Assembly (NCBI GenBank): GCA_902544065.1 | Contig: CACCAS010000001.1 | Coordinates: 151,088-215,087 of the forward strand | DNA: 64,000 bases | Source: an uncultured Pelagibacteraceae bacterium | GTDB taxonomy: Bacteria; Pseudomonadota; Alphaproteobacteria; Pelagibacterales; AG-422-B15 | Reading direction: 5' to 3' | Part shown: one piece after another, positions 10,208-16,588 of the stretch | How positions within the stretch are numbered: the stretch's first letter is position 1 | How the letters are laid out: every line of letters starts with the position of its first letter | Translations under genes and position numbers: made by a program | The notes under the pieces: model-generated | The model's database searches: none | Told to the model about the DNA's origin: nothing | The model's input: the letters and a program-made list of their open reading frames with translations, nothing else

Positions 10208-10971
10208 TAGTTATTAATTCTTCTTGCTACTATTTTTTTTAATTCACCGTTTCTGTATAATGTTGCTACAATATTCTTTCTATCTTTTAATGCTCTATAT
10301 GCATCATTCAAGGATGATAGGTTGAATACATTATTACCACTCAAATTGTACAAAAAATCATTTTGCTCTAAATTAAGCTTTTCTAACACTTTGCCATTAG
10401 CTGTATCTCTAAGAAACACACCCTGCATGCCATTAATGACTCCCGACTCAGCTCTTAAATAAGGAAGAATTTCTATAAGTGAAACATCTAATGCAACTAC
10501 ATCATTAGCCGCAGTGATATTTTTACTATCTGAAATAGATAATTGATAAATTTCATTTTCATATTTCAACTCAATTTTATTTTTTTTTATTTTGTTTAAA
10601 AAAACACTTTCAGCAATTATGTCTCCGGATCTATATAATTTTTTTTTCTTCTTTTCATTCTTTGACTCAAGCATTACGAAACCTTCATTATCATTATTTT
10701 CGATTGCAATTATGCCAACTAGTTTTAAACCCAGGTCACTAAAAAAATCTTTTGCATTAGAAATATTATTTACGTTTATTTGATCTTCTATAAGACTGAT
10801 AAAATTATTTTCGATCACTAAATTTACTTCACTAATTTCAGGAGAGGAATATTCATATAACGTATTTCCAATATTTAGGCGGTCTCTTATTAAGTCAAAT
10901 ATTATAAATGCCATGAAAGGTATAATAACGAAGCTAAGCCACTTATATAAATAGTTAAAATCAGTTTGCAT
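10207..10971 (-). CDS. gspC: T2SS GspC-like protein (TM + HR-like + PDZ-like regions)
   Basis: 254 aa with an N-terminal TM (WLSFVIIPFMAFIIFDLI). It has an HR-like stretch (LKLVGIIAIENNDNEGFVMLES...YRSGDII) and a PDZ-like C-terminus. It is the first gene of the operon and shares its stop/start nucleotide with gspD. Confidence 0.55.
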   Translation of the reverse strand: MQTDFNYLYKWLSFVIIPFMAFIIFDLIRDRLNIGNTLYEYSSPEISEVNLVIENNFISLIEDQINVNNISNAKDFFSDLGLKLVGIIAIENNDNEGFVMLESKNEKKKKKLYRSGDIIAESVFLNKIKKNKIELKYENEIYQLSISDSKNITAANDVVALDVSLIEILPYLRAESGVINGMQGVFLRDTANGKVLEKLNLEQNDFLYNLSGNNVFNLSSLNDAYRALKDRKNIVATLYRNGELKKIVARRINN

Positions 10972-11125
10972 TATCGGGATTTGTAGTTAATTCTTATATT
11001 TTTTAACGAGTTATTATCACATGCTAACATCTACGCGTCAATCAAAGGGTGGCTAAATTAAACGTATAAGACGAAAATATATGATAGTCTGCATATTGAG
11101 ATAAAATAATCCTTATATACCATAA

Positions 11126-11890
11126 ATGTTTGTAATATTTATACTAATAGTAGGTTTAATAATTGGAAGTTTTGTGGCAAGTACGGTCGAGCGATTAGCT
11201 CATAATAAACCTTTTTTATCGCCCAGGTCGATGTGCCCTCATTGCGGGGAAATTATTAAGTTAAAAAATAATATACCGATAATTTCGTATTTTATTCAAA
11301 AAGCCAAAACTGTTTGTTGCCAAAAAAAAATATCATCTATTTATCCAATAATTGAAATAACTTCTGTATTTATATTTTTTATTAACTTTACCTTATTCAG
11401 TGGGCAATCACTATTAATCATCTCACTTTTAACCACTGTATTTTTGTTAATATTTTTTATCGATTTTTATTATTTTATCATTTTTGATAATATACTTTTT
11501 GTATTAATAATTATTTCAATATTCTCATTTCTTATGAACAATTTCAATCCATTTGAGACTGATATTTATTATTCATTCTTTGCTTCTGTGGGCGCAATAC
11601 TTATTTTTTATACAATTAATCGAATATTTTTTATCATAAGAAAAAAAAATGGACTTGGTATAGGTGATATTAAACTGATTGGCATTTTGGCTTTTTGGAC
11701 TGGTTTGAGTTATCTTCCATATTTAATAATCTTTTCATCATTGCTTGCTATACTACATGTCATAATGAATAAATACATTTTACAAAACTCAAATGACATT
11801 CTTTCGATACAATCTCCATATGGAAGTTACCTAGTTACTTCTTTTCTGAGTATGATTTATTTGAAGAATATCTTAGTAACTTTTGCTTAA
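11126..11890 (+). CDS. gspO: Prepilin (leader) peptidase, copy 1, divergent from the gsp operon
   Basis: 254 aa, polytopic, with the Cys motif CPHC...CC, the aspartyl protease motif GLGIGDIKLIG and an upstream Asp (FFIDFYYFIIFD). It is a paralogue of the ORF at 16589..17374. Confidence 0.85.
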   Translation: MFVIFILIVGLIIGSFVASTVERLAHNKPFLSPRSMCPHCGEIIKLKNNIPIISYFIQKAKTVCCQKKISSIYPIIEITSVFIFFINFTLFSGQSLLIISLLTTVFLLIFFIDFYYFIIFDNILFVLIIISIFSFLMNNFNPFETDIYYSFFASVGAILIFYTINRIFFIIRKKNGLGIGDIKLIGILAFWTGLSYLPYLIIFSSLLAILHVIMNKYILQNSNDILSIQSPYGSYLVTSFLSMIYLKNILVTFA

Positions 11891-11919
11891 AGGCGTAAAT
11901 AAAAATAAATGACACAAAG

Positions 11920-11975
11920 TGGTGCCCCCACACGGACTTGAAACGCGAACCTATTGATTACAAGTCAATTGCTCG
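11920..11975 (-). pseudogene. Degenerate 3' fragment of tRNA-Thr (about positions 22-76)
   Basis: Matches 12322..12376 of the intact tRNA-Thr with 2 mismatches in about 55 nt. One mismatch breaks the T-stem G53 pair and one lies in the anticodon loop. Similarity stops in the D-arm, so no 5' part is present. Confidence 0.8.
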
Positions 11976-12016
11976 GTATAATATTTAATAATTATCAAAA
12001 AAAAATGGAGTAATAA

Positions 12017-12289
12017 ATGTTTGTATCTTTTACCGATTGGGAATTTGACGGAAATGTTGAAAATGCAGTTGAAAATATGAAAGGTTTTTGGCCTGAGATG
12101 AAAAAGCATGGAGCAACTAATATGCGTGCAACAGTTACGGGAGAAAAGACACTCAGAACGATGACTATCTGGAGCAGCGAAGAACAAGTGAAAGCTAACA
12201 TCGATGAAATTAGAGCAGCGGCTGGTAAAGCTGTAGGCATGACCACAACAGGTGGCATGATGGGTACAGTCGCAGTTGAGCTTGATTGA
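12017..12289 (+). CDS. Small hypothetical protein (90 aa), possibly ferredoxin-fold ABM/Dabb-like
   Basis: Only plausible ORF between the tRNA-Thr fragment and the intact tRNA-Thr. It is noticeably more GC-rich than its surroundings. The pattern ...TMTIWSSEEQVKANIDE... resembles small monooxygenase-like domains, but this is tentative. The two antisense ORFs over it look spurious. Confidence 0.5.
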   Translation: MFVSFTDWEFDGNVENAVENMKGFWPEMKKHGATNMRATVTGEKTLRTMTIWSSEEQVKANIDEIRAAAGKAVGMTTTGGMMGTVAVELD

Positions 12290-12321
12290 TTTATTAATGA
12301 GAAGCAGTTTTTGTAATTGAG

Positions 12322-12397
12322 TGGTGCCCCCACACGGACTTGAACCGCGAACCTATTGATTACAAATCAATTGCTCTACCAATTGAGCTATAGGGGC
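12322..12397 (-). tRNA. tRNA-Thr (anticodon UGU)
   Basis: The reverse complement is GCCCCTATAGCTCAATTGGTAGAGCAATTGATTTGTAATCAATAGGTTCGCGGTTCAAGTCCGTGTGGGGGCACCA. It folds into a full cloverleaf of 76 nt with anticodon loop TTTGTAA and an encoded CCA. Confidence 0.92.
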
Positions 12398-12404
12398 AAT
12401 AAGG

Positions 12405-12464
12405 CTTTCAAGGGTTAGTAAAATCTGGGACACCACCGGGCCACCATCACTAGACTCTTGAAAG
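12405..12464. other. Imperfect 60-nt hairpin enclosing tandem GGGACACC / GGGCCACC motifs
   Basis: ctttcaagggttagt (12405-12419) pairs with actagactcttgaaag (12449-12464). The loop carries GGGACACC (12427-12434) and GGGCCACC (12438-12445) with 11-nt phasing. It lies between tRNA-Thr and the first pilin gene. Confidence 0.3.
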
Positions 12465-12601
12465 TGTGTTCATGCTTTATAAACTACGTATAAAATTATC
12501 ACAAACAAAACTTAAGTTATTGAAAAGTGTCATCTTTTAGACTATGAACCTTTTAAATATTGAAAAGCATAGAAATAGGCGACCCCAACATCAATTGCAC
12601 T

Positions 12602-13087
12602 ATGAATAATAAAGGTTTCACTCTCATTGAACTTCTCGTCGTCGTTGCGATTATTGGAGTATTGGCTGCAGTTGGAGTCCTGGCGTTCCAAGGTTTTATG
12701 GAAAGAGCAAAAATTAATAGCACAAAATCTCAACATAAAACTGTCGTAAACTACATGCGAACTGAATTCCAAAGATGTTCTCTAGGAGAGGATCTCTTGA
12801 CTTATAAAAAATGGCATTCTACTGGAAATGAATGGAATATTATTGAAACAAGTGTTCTGTGCAGTGCTGATGCAGATATCCATGCTCAAAGTATTGATGA
12901 TCACTTTGAAGCAGAAGGTTTCATGAACTCTTTTGGATATGGAAGAGCAGTTGAAAGAGTCAACGTTGATATAGATCCTACAAGCCCAGGCTTTACAAAT
13001 ATATTTTGTGTTAGTGATAAGCAATGTAAAATTAAGACACATATTCACGGTTATCGCTTCTGGACAGATATGGTGACAAAAGAGTAA
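12602..13087 (+). CDS. Type IV pilin paralogue P1 (array copy 1 of 8)
   Basis: Start moved to the ATG at 12602 (MNNKG|FTLIELLVVVAIIGVLAAVGVLAF); the ORF-track TTG at 12560 gives an implausible leader. It has a class III signal peptide with Glu5. Four Cys lie in the C-domain. The C-terminal half resembles P4 (DDHFEAEGF..AVER; ending VTKE). Confidence 0.85.
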   Translation: MNNKGFTLIELLVVVAIIGVLAAVGVLAFQGFMERAKINSTKSQHKTVVNYMRTEFQRCSLGEDLLTYKKWHSTGNEWNIIETSVLCSADADIHAQSIDDHFEAEGFMNSFGYGRAVERVNVDIDPTSPGFTNIFCVSDKQCKIKTHIHGYRFWTDMVTKE

Positions 13088-13097
13088 TATAAAATAT

Positions 13098-13586
13098 ATG
13101 GCTCAAAAAGGCTTTACCCTCATTGAACTTCTCGTCGTCGTTGCAATCATAGGAGTATTAGCGGCGGTTGGCGTAGTAGCTTTTAATGGATTTATAAATA
13201 CTACTAAGGTTAATGCGACGATTCAAAGTCACAATACTGTGGTTAAATTTATAAGAACAAGTTTAATGAAATGTAATATATCTGGAGAACTTATATTAAA
13301 GCAGAATCCTCGAACAGATACAGGCAACCTATGTGTTTATGTTTCAAATCCAAATCCTGGTGCATTGATCTCTGCTTTTTGGAATCACTTAACAGCTGGA
13401 GAATATTGTAATACATACGGGTTAACCCATAACTCTGGTACATGTCAAGAAGGAGTCGCTCAAGGTGGTGCAATAGGCGCTGGTAATTTAGGTGAGGTAA
13501 AAATGATTACAGTTGGAACTACAATTGTAGTAGATACTCACTACAAGCAGGGTGAAAATTTAAATGATGTTATCAGAATTGAATAA
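13098..13586 (+). CDS. Type IV pilin paralogue P2
   Basis: MAQKG|FTLIELLVVVAIIGVLAAVGVVAFNGF. The C-terminal domain is not alignable by eye to its neighbours. Confidence 0.85.
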   Translation: MAQKGFTLIELLVVVAIIGVLAAVGVVAFNGFINTTKVNATIQSHNTVVKFIRTSLMKCNISGELILKQNPRTDTGNLCVYVSNPNPGALISAFWNHLTAGEYCNTYGLTHNSGTCQEGVAQGGAIGAGNLGEVKMITVGTTIVVDTHYKQGENLNDVIRIE

Positions 13587-14070
13587 AGGCTTCACCCTCA
13601 TTGAACTTCTCGTCGTCGTTGCAATCATTGGAGTACTGGCGGCTGTTGGGGTAGTAGCCTTCAATGGATTCATTTCAAGTTCAAAAAATACAGCATGTCA
13701 GGCTGAACATAGCAACAGAAGCAAATCGGCTCAATTGAAAATTAGTGAAAATATGCTTAATGGACAAAATATCACATTTACAAATATTGACGGAAATAAC
13801 GACACGATAAATTTTAATAGCAATACTTGGATACTTGTTTCGGGTTTATCTTCATATTTAAAATCTGAATATAAGAACCCAAATGGACCACTAAACGGAG
13901 CATGGGATCACTCTACGTATTTTGTAGATATTAATCAAATACCCACATCATGTACAGCCACTCAAATTGGCTACTCCTTTATGACAGGCATAAATGACAC
14001 ACGAACAATAAAATTTGGAACTTGTTGTAAAGTTGATCAACCGGCAATAGAAGAAAAGTTTAAATGGTAA
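13564..14070 (+). CDS. Type IV pilin paralogue P3
   Basis: MMLSELNKG|FTLIELLVVVAIIGVLAAVGVVAFNGF. Its leader peptide is encoded inside the last 23 nt of P2 in another frame. Confidence 0.8.
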   Translation: MMLSELNKGFTLIELLVVVAIIGVLAAVGVVAFNGFISSSKNTACQAEHSNRSKSAQLKISENMLNGQNITFTNIDGNNDTINFNSNTWILVSGLSSYLKSEYKNPNGPLNGAWDHSTYFVDINQIPTSCTATQIGYSFMTGINDTRTIKFGTCCKVDQPAIEEKFKW

Positions 14071-14095
14071 ATCGATATGTTTTAATATTTATTCT

Positions 14096-14584
14096 ATGAC
14101 CCATAAAGGTTTCACTCTCATAGAACTTCTCGTTGTAGTTGCAATTATCGGAGTACTGGCAGCTGTTGGCGTAGTTGCATTTAATGGATTTATGAACTCT
14201 GCAAAAGAGAATAGTACAAAAGCTCAACATCAATCAGTTGTAAAGTTCATGCAAGTTCAATTTACAAGATGCTCGCTCGGCGAAACAGAATTATCATATA
14301 ATAAACCAAATTGGGATGGTTCTGCCTGGGGAGTGATTACGGTAAATGAATCTTGTCTGTCAACAGCGGACACACACGCCAAAAAATTTGACGATCATTT
14401 CGAAGCTGAAGGTTTTTTAAATCCATTCAATACAGAATCAAGAGCAGTTGAAAGAAAAGAAAATTACTTAGAGCCGTCAAGGGCAGGGGCCATATATATT
14501 TTTTGTCCAAATGATACTTCGTGTGAAATAAGAACAAAAATTAATAATAGCTTATGGCTGAAGGACACAGTATCAAAAGAATAA
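14096..14584 (+). CDS. Type IV pilin paralogue P4 (same subfamily as P1 and P9)
   Basis: MTHKG|FTLIELLVVVAIIGVLAAVGVVAFNGF. It shares RCSLGE..LSY, DDHFEAEGFLNPF and the C-terminal DTVSKE with P1 and P9. Confidence 0.85.
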   Translation: MTHKGFTLIELLVVVAIIGVLAAVGVVAFNGFMNSAKENSTKAQHQSVVKFMQVQFTRCSLGETELSYNKPNWDGSAWGVITVNESCLSTADTHAKKFDDHFEAEGFLNPFNTESRAVERKENYLEPSRAGAIYIFCPNDTSCEIRTKINNSLWLKDTVSKE

Positions 14585-14589
14585 ATAAT

Positions 14590-15066
14590 ATGCAAAAAGG
14601 CTTCACCCTAATTGAACTCCTCGTCGTGGTTGCAATCATCGGAATTCTGGCGGCAGTTGGGGTGGTCGCATTTCAGGGATTTATATCAAAATCTAAGCTT
14701 AATACATGTAATAGTAATTTTTCAACAGTATCAAAGTACGTTGGGACAACAATATTACAGTGTGAGACGCAAGGAGGCGTTTGGCCTTTTACAGAAACTA
14801 ATCAAGAAGCTTGTAATGTATGGCCCCCAGAAGTTCTAGCTACACAAATAGGTGCACATATTAATTATATGGGATTTAGAAACCCCTATGATGGAAGAGA
14901 GCTGGTTTTAAGTGGCTCAGATCCAAGCATAGGTGGTATATCAATTCATTCTCCGTCAATCACCTCTAAAGAAATTTATGTTACGAGTTGTTGCCAAGAC
15001 GATTGTTGGGGTGCACAAAATATATATACTGATAGAAGAATTTATACTTGTAATACATGTCCATAA
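14590..15066 (+). CDS. Type IV pilin paralogue P5 (Cys-rich C-domain)
   Basis: Start moved to the ATG at 14590 (MQKG|FTLIELLVVVAIIGILAAVGVVAFQGF). There are eight Cys in the variable domain. Confidence 0.85.
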   Translation: MQKGFTLIELLVVVAIIGILAAVGVVAFQGFISKSKLNTCNSNFSTVSKYVGTTILQCETQGGVWPFTETNQEACNVWPPEVLATQIGAHINYMGFRNPYDGRELVLSGSDPSIGGISIHSPSITSKEIYVTSCCQDDCWGAQNIYTDRRIYTCNTCP

Positions 15067-15542
15067 CCTCTTTGAATAATAAAGGCTTCACACTCATTGA
15101 ACTTCTCGTCGTCGTTGCGATTATAGGTGTACTTGCAGCAGTTGGAGTTCTTGCCTTCCAAGGTTTTTTAAAAAATTCAAAGGAAGTTTGTGCAAAGAGT
15201 AACCACAAGAATATGGTTAATTTTACTAGAGTCACACTAAATAATTGCTCAATAAACCCTACAATTACATTACTTGACAGAAATGGTGAAGATGTTGTCA
15301 GGGACTGTTCCCAACCTGGAAGTCAATGGGATGGTTACATGAGAGATCATTTTGTTGGTTCTGGATTTAGATCGTGTGATGGAAGTGACACAGCTATACC
15401 GATTGGCAGGGCCCATCATACCTATCCACCTGCAGGTCAAACATATTATTCTACAGACAACGTAGCTAACTGGCCTTTTTATATAACAACTTGTTTTGCA
15501 GAAGAAGATTGCAAAAGAGATATTGTTTATTGGACACCTTAA
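15057..15542 (+). CDS. Type IV pilin paralogue P6
   Basis: MSITSLNNKG|FTLIELLVVVAIIGVLAAVGVLAFQGF. The start overlaps the P5 stop by 10 nt. Confidence 0.8.
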   Translation: MSITSLNNKGFTLIELLVVVAIIGVLAAVGVLAFQGFLKNSKEVCAKSNHKNMVNFTRVTLNNCSINPTITLLDRNGEDVVRDCSQPGSQWDGYMRDHFVGSGFRSCDGSDTAIPIGRAHHTYPPAGQTYYSTDNVANWPFYITTCFAEEDCKRDIVYWTP

Positions 15543-15551
15543 TCATTTGAT

Positions 15552-16061
15552 ATGAAACAAAAAGGCTTCACACTCATTGAACTTCTCGTTGTCGTTGCGA
15601 TCATTGGAGTCCTAGCTGCTGTTGGTGTTGTTGCTTTTAATGGATTTATTAACAATGCAAAGATTAATACTGTTAAAGCAAATCATTCTTCAGTAGTTGA
15701 TTATATTCAATCAGAATTGTGGAAGTGTAACCTTGGATCAGAAACAGAAGCATATGAAAAACAACAGGCTAACCCATCAGTATATAGTGGTTATGGGTCG
15801 CCAAAATGCGACCGAGAATTTATAAATATTGCTGCTGGTATCATGTCTTATCTTCATAACTTTGATGAAAAGGGATATGATAATCCTTTTGGTGATACTT
15901 TAGATACAGGCATTAATATGCAAAGATCATGTCCTGACATAGTAAATATTGGTAGAATAAATATTGAATTAATGGCTAATAATAATGAGATTACAATTTG
16001 CTCTAGATGGGGAAGTGGTGAAAGTGAAATTACACAATCTTATATTAAAAATCCTTTTTAA
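15552..16061 (+). CDS. Type IV pilin paralogue P7 (subfamily with P8)
   Basis: MKQKG|FTLIELLVVVAIIGVLAAVGVVAFNGF. The C-terminus CSRWGSGESEITQSYIKNPF parallels P8. Confidence 0.85.
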   Translation: MKQKGFTLIELLVVVAIIGVLAAVGVVAFNGFINNAKINTVKANHSSVVDYIQSELWKCNLGSETEAYEKQQANPSVYSGYGSPKCDREFINIAAGIMSYLHNFDEKGYDNPFGDTLDTGINMQRSCPDIVNIGRINIELMANNNEITICSRWGSGESEITQSYIKNPF

Positions 16062-16070
16062 TAATTATTA

Positions 16071-16580
16071 ATGACTCAAAAAGGCTTCACACTCATTGAA
16101 CTCCTCGTCGTGGTTGCGATCATCGGAGTACTGGCTGCCGTTGGTGTTGTTGCATTTAATGGTTTTATTGGTAACGCTAAGGTAAATGTAGTTAAATCCA
16201 ATCTAGATTTGGCAATTAAACATGTGAGTACTCAGTTGATGAGATGTGAGTTTGGTACAAAAATACAATCATCCTCTGGAGGTGAAGCTTATGAAAGAAA
16301 TTGTGACAATGTTAGCTCGAACACGACTGATCGTTTTATCCAAAACTTTGGCTACACAATGCAAGTTTTAGAGGAGGACACTCAACAATACCCAAATCCA
16401 TTTAAGTCAGGCGATAGAGGATTTGCAATCAGTTCGGGTGTTCCACCAACTTCACAAATCGGACGAGTTCATTGTGGAGTTGATCAATCCATTAATTCAA
16501 ATTTAATCAATTGCCATGCTAGATGGGGAGAGGGTGAAAACGATTACGATACAAAAAGTATCTCCAATCCATATTTATAA
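16071..16580 (+). CDS. Type IV pilin paralogue P8 (subfamily with P7)
   Basis: MTQKG|FTLIELLVVVAIIGVLAAVGVVAFNGF. The C-terminus CHARWGEGENDYDTKSISNPYL parallels P7. Confidence 0.85.
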   Translation: MTQKGFTLIELLVVVAIIGVLAAVGVVAFNGFIGNAKVNVVKSNLDLAIKHVSTQLMRCEFGTKIQSSSGGEAYERNCDNVSSNTTDRFIQNFGYTMQVLEEDTQQYPNPFKSGDRGFAISSGVPPTSQIGRVHCGVDQSINSNLINCHARWGEGENDYDTKSISNPYL

Positions 16581-16588
16581 AATACATT

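Larger units (their letters stand above)
12611..16170 (+). repeat. Eight dispersed-tandem copies of a roughly 85-90-nt conserved pilin 5' module (period 478-520 bp)
   Basis: The module starts (AAA GGY TTY ACN CTC ATT GAA CTT CTC GTC GTC GTT GC...) at 12611, 13107, 13585, 14105, 14596, 15081, 15561 and 16080. The 26-nt core ctcattgaacttctcgtcgtcgttgc is identical in P1, P2, P3 and P6. Confidence 0.9.

Noticed and set aside
12465..12601. Sigma54 (GG-N10-GC) promoter and PilR-type control upstream of the pilin array or of P9
   Set aside because: I found no TGGCAC-N5-TTGC-like element with correct spacing. The GGCGAC...TTGCA string at 12575-12599 has the wrong spacing and abuts the start codon. 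No pilS/pilR genes are in the window.
14981..15235. Antisense ORFs over pilin 5' modules (14981..15235 and 34908..35162, both containing ...TAA.TPIIATTTRSS..VKPL)
   Set aside because: These are mirror translations of the conserved hydrophobic pilin helix on the opposite strand. Their recurrence is a by-product of the repeated module, and they fully overlap well-supported pilin genes.
12611..16170. Regular ~500-bp periodic repeat that superficially resembles a repeat-spacer array
   Set aside because: The repeats are the conserved N-terminal coding modules of intact pilin ORFs. The period is far too long for CRISPR, the repeats have no palindromic structure, and no cas genes are present.
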